64,000 bases of DNA from Aplysia californica (taxonomy: Eukaryota): contig NW_004797973.1 in NCBI RefSeq assembly GCF_000002075.1, positions 278,273 to 342,272 of the forward strand, in the 5' to 3' direction. A model generated the notes under the pieces. It was not told where the DNA came from. It searched no databases and worked only from the letters and a program-made list of their open reading frames with translations. Numbering within the stretch: the stretch's first letter is position 1; every line of letters starts with the position of its first letter. Below are positions 33,701 to 44,553 of the stretch, one piece after another. Made by a program: the position numbers and the translations under genes.

Positions 33701-36700
33701 GCCTGACCCTCAGGAGGAGAAAGGGGTCAAGGTCAGATTTTTTACCGTTGTTTTTACAGAAATTTTTGTGATTTGAATTTGGGAATGCAGGCTTTTGTTT
33801 GTTTGTTTGTTGTTTTTCTAGTGCTGTGATTTATGTGGGTGGATGATGTTGTCTGCTCCTTCTGTTTCTCTGTTTCAGTGTACAATATAATTAACGCGGA
33901 TAGGTTGAACACCGAAGACTCAAAATCACGCTTCCGTTGAACTTTGCCTGCAGTCCCATTCTCCCCCCCCCCCCCCCCCATCTTTATATTTGTAAGATAT
34001 CCCTCTGTGGGTGGTTGGTGGGTGCTCTGGTGTGGTTTGCTCCTTCTTTCCTATCAAACATCTATCGTCCTTATCTCCCCTCCTACTTTTTTGTGTTTGT
34101 TACTCTCTTGTAACACCTGTAATCTTCTGGCGCTCACATGATCTTATGCAGTTGCGAGTGCCGTAAAACTCTTACTAAAACTAAACTAAACTGAGATATC
34201 CCTCGAACTACGGATCCCTGAAACTACTGAGGCCGGTCCCGATGAGTTCGAGCTGTCCATGTTTTACTGTATTTGTCCTTATCTGCTTTGTGACAAAATC
34301 TGGCTGTTGTAGCGGAGCTAACTGGGCCTGGCCATACACTGCCTGTGCCCTCAACTGCTTTACTTTGTGATCAAACAGTGATCCCATTTAATTTGATCTG
34401 AGCGGTGGATGTGCAGCATAACATTATTGGATTTTGTGAGAGACCGTGTAAAATGTGAGGCAGCGTGGTGGAATCAGGCTCTCGTCCAAATAATCAAAGT
34501 GAAGGAAATTGCATTTTTCCGCAGGTTTGTGAATTTTTTATCAATTTTGTACTTTTTTGCTCAACACCTTTCATGCCCATTAGAGATCTCATTTCTGTGT
34601 GAATTTTTCTGAAAAAACGTTGATGAAAGGCACAAAAAATGTAAATTTTCAGTTACCACTGACTCTTAGGCTAAGGAAATAACTAGCCTTTGGTGGACAT
34701 TTTCTCTCTAATTTTACCTGTGAAAACAGTGACCCCTATCTCCTTCTGTCATATCTCAACTTGTATTCAAGGTAAATGGATATTACTTTCATCCAAATAA
34801 AGACAAATGAACAAGCTTTAAAATGATACCAATAACTCTACATACCCAAAAATTGACGAGAGCCTGATTCCACCACGCTGCCTCACAACTGCTAAACTTG
34901 ATGAACACCCATAACTTGAATTCCACGATTCTGCAAATTAAGACCTCGATCCCATTTTCTGTATACATTTTGTACCTGTTTCACAAAAAGTCTGAACAAA
35001 AAATATCCTATATCTATTATCTATTTGTGGTGGCCGAATTTTGCTATTCAAAAGGCTTTTTAATGGCTGCATCGATTGACTTGCGGTTTTCGCCTAAAGA
35101 TTCTTTAGAATATTCTCCAGATCATGATGCCCTTGGTTTTTTCAGTTTTGAGACAGTTTTGCTGCAAAATGCTAAATTTCTTTATTTCGCTGATCGCTTT
35201 TGTAGGCCGACGTTTCTGTCTCTGTAATTTTAGAAAATCCGCCAGGTTTGTTTATTTCAAGTCGTACTTCCGTTCGATACTATCGCGCATTGTCGCGCAA
35301 TACTGAACACTATTTTAAGTGTGTGACCCGTATAGATCTAGCCTCATGTTTTCTTTTTTTACTTGGTGCTAAATTCGACTGTGTTTCTTTCATTTGATGC
35401 CCATCATCGCTTTTTCTGGACTCCTTTGTCAAATCTATATTCTTGCTACTGGGAACAATCAACACGCTTCGGTCTCAATCCGTTCATCGAACGGGGGCCC
35501 AGCTAGTATTATAATAATGGTTGTTGCCAGTGAAGTCAAGAGAATCCATCTTGGCTTTAATACACATCAAAAAAAAAAGAAAAAGAAAAACGAAATAAGT
35601 CCCCTCAAAAGAAATCAATGTTCTCAAACACTGATATTTTTCTTCTTTAATTTTGGGCCTGCTCATGTTTGTGTATTGTTTGTGTTTTTTTTGTTTAGTT
35701 TTTTCTATTGTATGGGGTTGTGGTCCCTTTATTTCAATATTAAAGCGGTGAGACCTCTGATTGATTAAACTTAGTGGGTGGTTGGCGGGTGCTCTGGTGT
35801 GGTTTCCTTCTTCTTTCCTATCAAACATCTATCATCTTTATCTCCCCTCCTTCTTTTTTGCATTTGTTGCTTTCTTGTAACACCTCTAATCTGCGGCATC
35901 TATATGACCTTGTTGTGTTGCAAGTGCCGTAAAACTCTTACTAAAACTAAAAAGTGATTAACTTAAGCGCCTGCAACAGACAAGATATAATATTTTGAAA
36001 TGAAAGATTCTTAGGATAAAAGAGATTGGAACAATCAGTAAAAAGACCCTTAGCGACATTTTGGAGAGAGCAAACGGAGCATCAATGGACATGTCCGGAA
36101 TGCAGGGATGGTGCTTCCTGAAACAATAAATAATAATAATAATAATAGATAGCATTTGTATAGCGCGTATCCCCGCTCATCAGCAGGCTCTATGCGCTTT
36201 ACACTATATTATTACCCCAGTAGACTATAGAACACTCCGAAACATTCTCAGCTTCCCGGGAAGCATACAGTGCAAGCAGCCGATTAAGCGCTCAAACACT
36301 AACAAACTGACAAGATCTTTCGCTGTCTATAGCCAGGTACCCATTCCCACCTGAGTGAAGTGAGGAAAATTCATGTAAAGTGCCTTTCCCAAGGACACAA
36401 CGTCGGGCCCTTGACGGGATTCGAACCCACGACCTTACGGTTAGGAGTCCGAGAGCTTAACCACTAGGCCACGGACGCCAAACAATAAACAATGGACAAT
36501 GAGGATTTGAACATGGCTGGCCAGTTCTGTAGTCAGTCGTGCACTAACCGACAGTTGGCGACAGATGTGGTAGGGATTTTACTTTTATGTCTCATTAATG
36601 TCTGTATCATTATGTAAAGGGCTACAGCTACCGGGGGCTCTCGTGGCCTAGAGGTTAAGGTGTTGGCCTCTCATTCAAAGGTCCCGAGTTCAAATCCGGG

Positions 36701-38356
36701 TAACGACCAAAACATTTTCTTCTCTAAAATTGTCTCCTTTCACCTCCTTTCCTGCTCTCTAGCAATGTTCTGTTGTCTGCTTTCATTTCCACTTTCTGCC
36801 CCCCACCCCCTCACCTCATTTGCCTCCTCCTCTGGGCTCCTAACTCTTTCTGCAGCCTTTCTACTGTTACTCCTTGGCTCCTCCTTACTGCTGTCTTTCT
36901 GCCACACCCCTGATCTTCTGGTAGGAAAGATCTACACCTAGCCTTCTCGGACAAGGGCGAAAAATCTCGGAGGGCCCGTGTGCAAGTTGCGCACGTTAGA
37001 GATCCCCTGGTGGTCTAAAATCAATAAGAGTAGGCTTCGGCCGCCACCCGGGCAAAATTCAAAATTTCCTACCAACTGAAAATATTAGGTGTGTCCCGCG
37101 CGCTCATATGACCTTATGCAGTTGCGAGCGCCATAAAACACTTTACAAAAACAAAAACTAAAGCTACCTTCTGTGAATAATGAACTTCCATTTCCTGTAG
37201 GTCTGAGCCAAGTAAGAGGAATGTTGTGATATTTTCACGTAACAACTCAACATAACCCCCTTTGTGACTCAGTGTCATTTTGTGCTTAACCGAGCACAGT
37301 TTTGGATCCCCAGAGACACAGAGTAGTGCTAGATTTAGTTGTCAGTGTCCTGTAATTAGACCCGGTTTTCAAATACTACTAATACTAACTGTATAGACTT
37401 AAAGGAAAAGATGTCTTTGTACGGAAGAAATTTTTTCAAAGGCGAATCTGCAATCAGTTTTACGAAATGCATCTTATAGAAGCAGTATGCAGAATACAAT
37501 CTATGACTTGTTTTAGAATAAGTTTTATGGCGCACGTAACTGCATAAGGTCATATGAGCGCCAGAAAATTAGTTACAGGTGTTACAAGAGAGTAACAAAC
37601 ATAAAAAAAGAAGGACGGGAGATAAGGACGATAGATGTTTGATAGGAAAAAAGAAGCAAACCACATCAGGGCACCCGCCAAACACCCACAGCCTATGACT
37701 AATGACAAATGGCATTCGTCATCATGGTCCTCGCACTTCATAAGGCATGACGAATGCTGTACGTCACAGCAGCATCTTGGCTCGCACTTCATGTAAGAAA
37801 AAATGATGAATGACGTAGGTCATATAGGTCAGGAAGGGGTTAAACATCGTTCTTTTGATGATTCAAAATCTTATAAGTTATATTGGTGGGTGGTTCTGGT
37901 TGGCTAGTGCGGTTTGCTTCTTCTTTCCCATCAAACATCTATCGTCTGTATCTTCCCTCCTTCTTTTTTGTGTTTGTTACTCTCTTGTAACACCTCTAAT
38001 CTTCGACACTTATATGACCTTATCATGTTGCAAGTACCGTACCATAAAACACTTATTAAACCTTTTAAAAAGTTATTTAGGTTAGATCGTGTGGTATGAT
38101 TTCTCATGGCATTCTCTCCTCCTTCCCCTCCTCCATGACAACATTGCTTGCTCTCTACATCCTAACTTTTCAACTGCTTTGTTTTGTTTTGTTCCCCCCC
38201 CCTCCACAGCTGTTTTTCTACAAAGCCTGGTACAGAGAAGGCGACGTGACGCCTAACACAGATGTTGCCTCCGATTACGTGTGGGTCACCAAGAAAGAAT
38301 TGTCGCAGTATTGTCATCGTGGTTACAAAAAACAGTTGAAGAAATTTCTGTTGTAG
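21721..38356 (+). CDS. MRPL46: Mitochondrial large-subunit ribosomal protein mL46, 275 aa; join(21721-21796, 26374-26581, 30973-31249, 33612-33731, 38210-38356)
   Basis: The exons give an 828-nt in-frame CDS with GT-AG junctions. Recognisable mL46 motifs: AVCVERCPVIT, ENSVLSDHELR, RSLDRCLDSSLYLLVK, WVLPQAEWEQGETMKQTAERAL, LFFYKA, DYVWVTKKEL. The N-terminus is S/R/A-rich like a mitochondrial presequence. Confidence 0.93.
22900..23628. mobile_element. MITE family C partial copy
   Basis: Reverse-complement similarity to 42017-42670. Confidence 0.75.
25438..26284. mobile_element. MITE family B copy
   Basis: Colinear with 6009-6749. Confidence 0.85.
26374..26581 (+). CDS. MRPL46: MRPL46 exon 2
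   Basis: Acceptor ttttttttcAG; VSDLSF...SDHELRRRRE; donor GTATGT. Confidence 0.92.
27196..30684. mobile_element. 3.5-kb Mutator/Foldback-like non-autonomous element in MRPL46 intron 2
   Basis: Same termini as 20256-20388; 9-bp TSD AACTTATAA (27187-27195 and 30685-30693). Confidence 0.8.
28857..29616. repeat. Fold-back array of ~55-60-bp units with palindromic core GTGGACCCCGGGGTC(C)AC
   Basis: About 4 units forward (28890-29080), then about 8 units inverted (29085-29560); matching outer arms. Confidence 0.8.
30973..31249 (+). CDS. MRPL46: MRPL46 exon 3
   Basis: Long pyrimidine tract plus AG; QAAKRK...WEQGETMKQ; donor GTGATC. Confidence 0.93.
31345..31868 (-). mobile_element. Meta/MESC-type tRNA-derived SINE
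   Basis: Full-length homolog of 36633-37161. Confidence 0.8.
32000..32392 (+). mobile_element. Degenerate RTE-like LINE 3' fragment
   Basis: RRRWRYLGHV motif and similarity to 11900-12120. Confidence 0.6.
33612..33731 (+). CDS. MRPL46: MRPL46 exon 4
   Basis: TAERALTSVCGDVKASFLGGAP...KGVK, 120 nt, phase 0/0. Confidence 0.92.
34006..34193 (+). mobile_element. ~170-bp short retroposon (family copy)
   Basis: TSD AGATATCCCTC at 33995-34005 and 34194-34204. Confidence 0.85.
34454..34887. mobile_element. MITE family A copy
   Basis: Both TIRs intact. Confidence 0.85.
36131..36479 (-). mobile_element. CORE-type tRNA(Arg-like)-derived SINE with an L2-like tail
   Basis: A box TGGCCTAGTGG, B box GGTTCGAATCC, CORE-like TGTGTCCTTGGGAAAGGCACTT, (TTA)n tail, 10-bp TSD AAACAATAAA. 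A fragment of the same family is at 12509-12576. Confidence 0.85.
36633..37161 (+). mobile_element. Meta/MESC-type tRNA-derived SINE (~520 bp)
   Basis: A box TGGCCTAGAGG, B box GTTCAAATCC, pyrimidine-rich body, Meta-like core CCCGTGTGCAAGTTGCGCACGTTAGAGATCCC, A-rich tail, TSD AGCTACC. Confidence 0.85.
38210..38356 (+). CDS. MRPL46: MRPL46 exon 5 (terminal)
   Basis: LFFYKAWYREG...DYVWVTKKELSQY...KFLL*; AATAAA at 38500 followed by a GT-rich tract. Confidence 0.93.
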   Translation: MFFYKAWYREGDVTPNTDVASDYVWVTKKELSQYCHRGYKKQLKKFLL

Positions 38357-38499
38357 TAGCGTTTGGTTTGGCTATTTATGTTGTGATTCTGTGTGTAAGT
38401 GCTGTGTGTGTTTCCTGGATAACTGTGATAGGTTGAAAGAATGGATGCTTTCTCGCTGATTTATGGTTGAAATGAATGGTGAAATATTAGTTTTCATGA

Positions 38500-38505
38500 A
38501 ATAAA
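38500..38505 (+). terminator. Polyadenylation signal of MRPL46 (putative)
   Basis: AATAAA ~145 nt after the stop codon, with a downstream GT/T-rich tract. Confidence 0.6.
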
Positions 38506-39055
38506 TTGTTTTCAGTTTTTAGCTGCATATTCTACAATATCATTTGTTTTTATCATTATCTGTATGTATGTATTTTTGTTGTTGTTTTTTTTTTGTGGTT
38601 TGTTTTTGCTTTAGTACAGAACTAGATGAGGTTCGAGCCTCAGCTTGGTCCAATGTTGTGTCCTTGAGAAAGGCTTTTCACACAAATTTCCTTTTTGGCT
38701 CGGTCCTTTCAGAGATGGATGTTAAACTTGGAGGTCCCACGCCTCTTCAATAATCTAATAGTGTTGATAAGGGCTTTAAAATTTCACCATTTCAGAGCTA
38801 GATGTAATACTTCTTCTATAGAGTAGAGGGGAGTAACATTCTTTTTTTAGCAGACAAACTGAAAATAACTTGTGATACACTTCAATTCGTAAAATTCAAG
38901 CAGATTTGTTTATTCAAACAATTTGAAATCAAATATTAAATCAATGGGCCAGATGAGTGGTGATCACACTGCAGACCCTTGATGTTTCCATCAACAGTCG
39001 CGAACACATTCAGCTATAGACATAATAAACATTGTGGGGGAGTCACAAGCCATCC

Positions 39056-39353
39056 ATGCACCTCACAAATACTGACACACCTTACAAATACTGACACACC
39101 TTACAAATACTGACACACCTCACAAATACTGACACACCTCACAAATACTGACACACCTTGCAAATACTGACACACCTTGCAAATACTGACACACCTCACA
39201 AATACTGACACACCTCGCAAATACTGACACACCTCGCAAATACTGACACACCTCGCAAATACTGACACACCTCACAAATACTGACACACCTCGCAAATAC
39301 TGACACACCTCACAAATACTGACACACCTCACAAATACTGACACACCTCGCAA
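39056..39353. repeat. Minisatellite, 19-bp unit x ~15
   Basis: CAAATACTGACACACCT(C/T)(A/G). Confidence 0.95.
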
Positions 39354-39395
39354 GTGGCTGATTGGAGGATGCTCTTTTGTGGTTTGCTCCCTTTT

Positions 39396-39590
39396 TCCTA
39401 TCAAACATCTATCGTCAATATCTCTCCTCCTTCCTTCCTATCAAACATCTATCGTCAATATCTCTCCTCCTTCCTTCCTATCAAACATCTATCGTCAATA
39501 TCTCTCCTCCTTCCTTCCTATCAAACATCTATCGTCAATATCTCTCCTCCTTCCTTCCTATCAAACATCTATCGTCAATATCTCTCCTCG
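39396..39590. repeat. Minisatellite, 40-bp unit x ~5, inside a short retroposon
   Basis: TCCTATCAAACATCTATCGTCAATATCTCTCCTCCTTCCT. Confidence 0.95.
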
Positions 39591-40053
39591 TCTTCCTTTT
39601 TTGTGTTTGTTACTCCCTTGTAACAAACCTAATCTTCGGCACTCATATGACCCTATTGTGTTTTGCAAGTGCCGTAAAACTTGTATGACACCCCCCCCCC
39701 TCCACCCCACCTTACAAGGGTCACACTGAATTTGGTACAAGATGAAGCATCTGCATAGACTCGTAGAAAGCATTTTGCTCTGTCAGACGCTTAATTACAT
39801 TTTCCATGAACTGAGCAAACAAGTCGAAGAACCAGGTGACCAATAAAATGTTCTATCTCAAACACTGTCTGTTATCACAGGCATAGACAGGACATTTTAA
39901 CAATGATTCCAAGAGTACAGATACATTGATCGTCGATGTAATCTCACACCCTATATAAAATGAAAACAACACACCATGAGGAGGAATGAAGAGCTACAAA
40001 ATCGTCAAAACATTTTCTGATTCATTCACGTCACAAATACACTCGGGCAGGGG

Positions 40054-40142
40054 TCACAAGTCGTACGCCTTCCTCAGTGAGTTCAGCTCGGAGTCGGGCC
40101 GCTGACCTGTCTTGCTGATGGAGTCGATGAGATCACTCACCA
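40054..40142 (-). CDS. RPAP3: RPAP3 coding exon 10 (terminal)
   Basis: VVSDLIDSISKTGQRPDSELNSLRKAYDL*. Confidence 0.88.
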
Positions 40143-43100
40143 CTGTGGAGGGGGAGGGAGGGGGGGTGGGGGGTGAGGAAAAATACCAGAATGTTTTTCA
40201 GTTTTAATATAAGTTTTACGGCACTTGCAACACAATAAGGTCACACAAGTGCTGAAGATTATAGAGTAACAAACATAAAAAAGAAGTAGGAGAGATCAGG
40301 ACGTTAGATGTTTGATAGGAAAGAAGAAGCAGAGCACCCGCCAACCACCCACATACCGGAACGTCTTTATCACTTCACCACAGTTGTCGTGTCAACATAT
40401 ACAGCATTCAGTTTGGGACACAACCAAAATGGGATCTTACAGAGGGAGGGCAAGTAATACTTGAAAAGGCAGTACATCGAGCTCTGGACCTGTAGCTAGC
40501 CACTCAGCATAGTCTGTCAGTACTGTCACAGTCAGTTCTCGATGTTACATTTTTCCGTGATTCCTAACACATGCAGGAGAGACCCAACTCTAGATCTAGA
40601 TCACTGTCAGTCCTCGATGTTACATTTTTTCGTGATTCCTAACACATGCAGGAGAGACCCAACTCTAGATCCCTCGGGCCTACGTAAATTTTCATCCCCA
40701 GTCAGTGCACAATTTCATGAGAATCAAATTTGGGGATTTTGTCGACAGATTTCACCTTTTTATTCAATGCAGGTATCAGAAACTAAATTTCCAAAGCAGC
40801 TGTATGCCACATTTATCATATGAAAGGCCTACGCTTCCTGAGAATCTTGGTACCATTCTTTTACTGCTCAACCAATTTTTAAGAAAATGGCAGCTGTTTT
40901 TTCAAATCAAACATTGTGAAATTTGCCAACAGTTTGCAACGCCATGTGTGACGGTGACAGATGATAAAAGAGTACCAAGTGCATCAAACATCATCACATT
41001 GACAGAGTAAATCATTTTCACAAAGATATGGTGCCTAACTTTTTTCAAGACTGTGAGATCATTGCACATCAGTATTGTACTACGGTACCTCAAACATCAT
41101 GATCTATCGTTAGTTCCACAAAAACAACTTTCACCATCCATTGCAACAAAGAAAAGCGGAACTCTTTCACGGTGTACAACATTTGGTGTTTCATAGCGAA
41201 AGGGCAAAGAAACGGCAATCTGAACTACCTTCGCTTCACTGAAACCACGCGCTCAGAAAGCTGCGTTTACGCTATTTATTCAAAGATGTTACAGAACAAA
41301 TACACGAGACTGACCTTGTTTTTCTTTCCGGGAGAGGAACATGGCTGTCATTGAAAATCGTTTCACCAAAGTGAGGCTGTGCAGAACCGAGTACAGATCA
41401 ACTCTGTGGGGAAATGATAGAAGGCAAAGTCAGCCACATAAGACATACTTGTGTTGCAATAAACGGAAAGACTATACCGTCAATTGCCTATATCATGAGG
41501 TTTTTTTTCAGGCTTCTAGCTATTGGTAAAAGTTAGTCCAGAGTAATTTTATACTATTCATAGTCACAGGCCGACTTCTGGGTTTTACTGAGCATTTTGG
41601 CCGATCAATCTCAGCGATGGTTGTAGTACAAAATAAGAGTTGACTTATTTCTTCCAATACATTTAATACAGAGCGTAATACATTACAATCGATATTCACC
41701 GTTCAAGCTGAAGGTAAAAACGGGCTTTCCCATTACTTCTTTACCATTCTTTGAAATAAAAGAGTTTGGGACACAAGTCCCCTTTCTGAGCTGCTGCTCT
41801 CTATCACAGCCATCATCCCCGCAGCTCACATGCTGAGTTGAATTAAGCAGTGACACTTACTTCTCTGGGTGAAGAGCCAGGGTTTTTAGAATGGTGGTGA
41901 GGATATCGGCATCTATACTCTGACCAAACAGCTTGGGGTAATTGTCAGGAGGAATAGCCTGTGGATAAACATCGCTAAATGAAGGGGTTTTTTTCGGCAA
42001 CAAAAATATCTCGATACAGTAGTCTCCGCCTAAACGCACGGTGCTCGGTAGGGCTCCTTAGCGTGTGTTTATACAGAGCGTGCGTTTACATGAACCTTTG
42101 CAAAGGGAGGAAGGGACGCAGTCATCTCATTGCCTTGATATTCTAGTGACCTCCCTTTGGGATGGTGGTCACTTTGGCTGATCATGTGACGACACGTGAC
42201 GGTTTTGTGAAGGATTTCCCGACTGTGATTAAGAATACAAAGGCGTTGAATGGGTGTGTGTCTGGGGGCGGGGTTGATACAGACTCAATGTATAGATACG
42301 CACCATATAATGTCGGGAACAGATAGCGTAAGAGGAAACGGTTGATGATAGTAACAGAGTCGACGGCCCTGCCACGTGGCTTTCCAAGCGACCACCCTCG
42401 ACCGAAAATTCATGGGCGAGCATTCACGTGTGTATCGCATCATAGGCCTAGGTCTAATTAAACATTACATGCAGTCACCCAAACACCAGCCGCAAACCCA
42501 GTGACCAATCAAATAACATTTCAGTCACCCAACCCCCCAACATTTTACCAACCAGTTCTAGATCTTTGTGTCTGAGGAAAGTTGGGTGTGAAAACGCTGT
42601 CCATCACTCTCTTTGTTCGGCGTGAGGGGCAGTCTCACCAAATATCATGCTGTCTAGGCTTGTCTTATGCAAGCTGTGCAGATTTCCCTTTGTTCAGCTT
42701 AACCTGTCAGCATGTTCCACGGATCGGACCATGCGTTTAGAGGGAGTGACCGTGCGTTTAGAGGGAGTGACCGTGCGTTTAGAGGGAGTGACCGTGCGTT
42801 TAGAGGGAGTGACCGTGGGTTTGTACATCTAAATTAAGTAGTAAAAGACCCGTCAGATAACGAAAGCGTGCTTTAGAACGGCGTGCTTTAGAACGGCGTG
42901 CTTTTAGGCGGAGACTACTGTAGGGCCTACTTGAAAATAAGCAGTGAGAAAAGAGACAAGCATTACATTTCAGGGTAAGAAAAAATTCCTGGTAAGAAAT
43001 GGTACAGGTGAGGCACATCATTTTAAGGCAATGCGATAATTTAAACCCTTATTTTAAAAATTAAAAGCTAAGATTTAATTTCCAATAGGAATAAGCAAAG

Positions 43101-44504
43101 AGGATGGAAAGCCATTTTAGAGTTTGGGTGAAGGAACAGTAGGCCTACATTCACCTGATCATGGACACCGAGTTCTGAGGAAAAAACAGACAGACAGAAA
43201 CAATGGAGTAAAGAAGACGGACCAAGAAATGGTGCTCTCCTCCAACCTTCTGGGGATTTTTTTTAGGGGGGGGGGGGGGCCCCGTTGGGTAAGTGATTTT
43301 TTTTTGTAAGTGTTTTAAGGCGCTCGCAACTGCCTAAGGTCATTTGAAGGCACGGGACACATAAAACATTTTCAGTAGTTTGGAAATTTTGAATTTTGCC
43401 CGGATGGTGGCTGAAGCTTACTGTTATCCATTTTAAACAACCAAGGGATCTTTACGTGCGCAACTTGAACATGGGACCTCCGAGACTTTTTTGCCCTTGT
43501 CCGAGAAAGCTTGGTGTAGATCTTTCCTACCAGAAGATCAGGGGTGTGGCTAAAAGACAGCTGTAAGAAGGAGCCAAAGAGTAGCAGAAGAAAGGCTGCA
43601 GAAAGAGTCAAGAAGCCCACAGGAGGGGGCAAAGGAGCGGGGTAGGGGCAGAAAGTGGAGACCAAAGCAGACGACGGAACATTGCTAGAGAGCAGGAAAG
43701 GATGTTCAAGGAGGCAATTTCAGAGAAGGAAATTTTTCTGTCGCTACGCAGATTCGAACGTGGGACCCTTGAATGAGAGGCGAACACCTTAACCTCCAGG
43801 CCACAAGAGCCCCCTTCTGTAAAATTTCCTTAAATAACCAAAGTGTAAGAATGTCCCACCGGGAGGTTTTGAACCACAGTGGCCCACATAGCAGTCTGGT
43901 ATGATACAACCACAGAGGCCAACATAGCAGTCTGGTATGATACAACCACAGAGGCCAACATAGCAGTCTGGTATGATACAACCAAAGTGGCCCACAAAGC
44001 AGCCTGGTATGATACAACCAAAGTGGCCCACATAGCAGTCTAGTATGATACAACCACAGAGGCCAACATAGCAGTCTGGTATGATACAACCAATGTGGCC
44101 CACATAGCAGTCTGGTATGATACAACCAAAGTGGCTGCATTTCGGCGGATCAGTGGTAACAAATGAGGTTGCGACTGTGTGAACAACAAACTCTACATTT
44201 CATCCTGGGCTATATTTGAGATCTATCTGTTCTTGTTTTTGTTATTGTCCGTCTACAGCTGTGAGAAAAAATTCCCAAGAGGACAGCAAAGTTAGTATAT
44301 ATAACAAAAAAAGTGTTGGATCAGAATCCACAGGGTAAGAGATCAAGGGGGGAAGCCACGGAGAACTTGGAGAAGTTCCACAGAAAATGATGTCCAGAAT
44401 AGGGTAAAGACATGGAGGAAAAATATCAAGACGCCATCCCAAGATAGGAAAAAGTGGAAAATGTCTGTCGGTGGCTGTAACTTCATCTACGGTGAGAAAG
44501 GCGG

Positions 44505-44553
<49 letters not shown>

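Noticed and set aside
36405-36479. Possible tRNA-Arg(CCT) gene on the minus strand
   Set aside because: The acceptor stem does not close, and the sequence continues into a CORE domain, tail and TSD, so it is a SINE head.
39120-39729. Repetitive ORFs over the 19-bp and 40-bp arrays
   Set aside because: Tandem-repeat artefacts.
43706-44140. Repetitive ORFs (LWLYHTRLLCGP)n
   Set aside because: Translation of the 36-bp minisatellite; cannot be fitted into the RPAP3 splice model.
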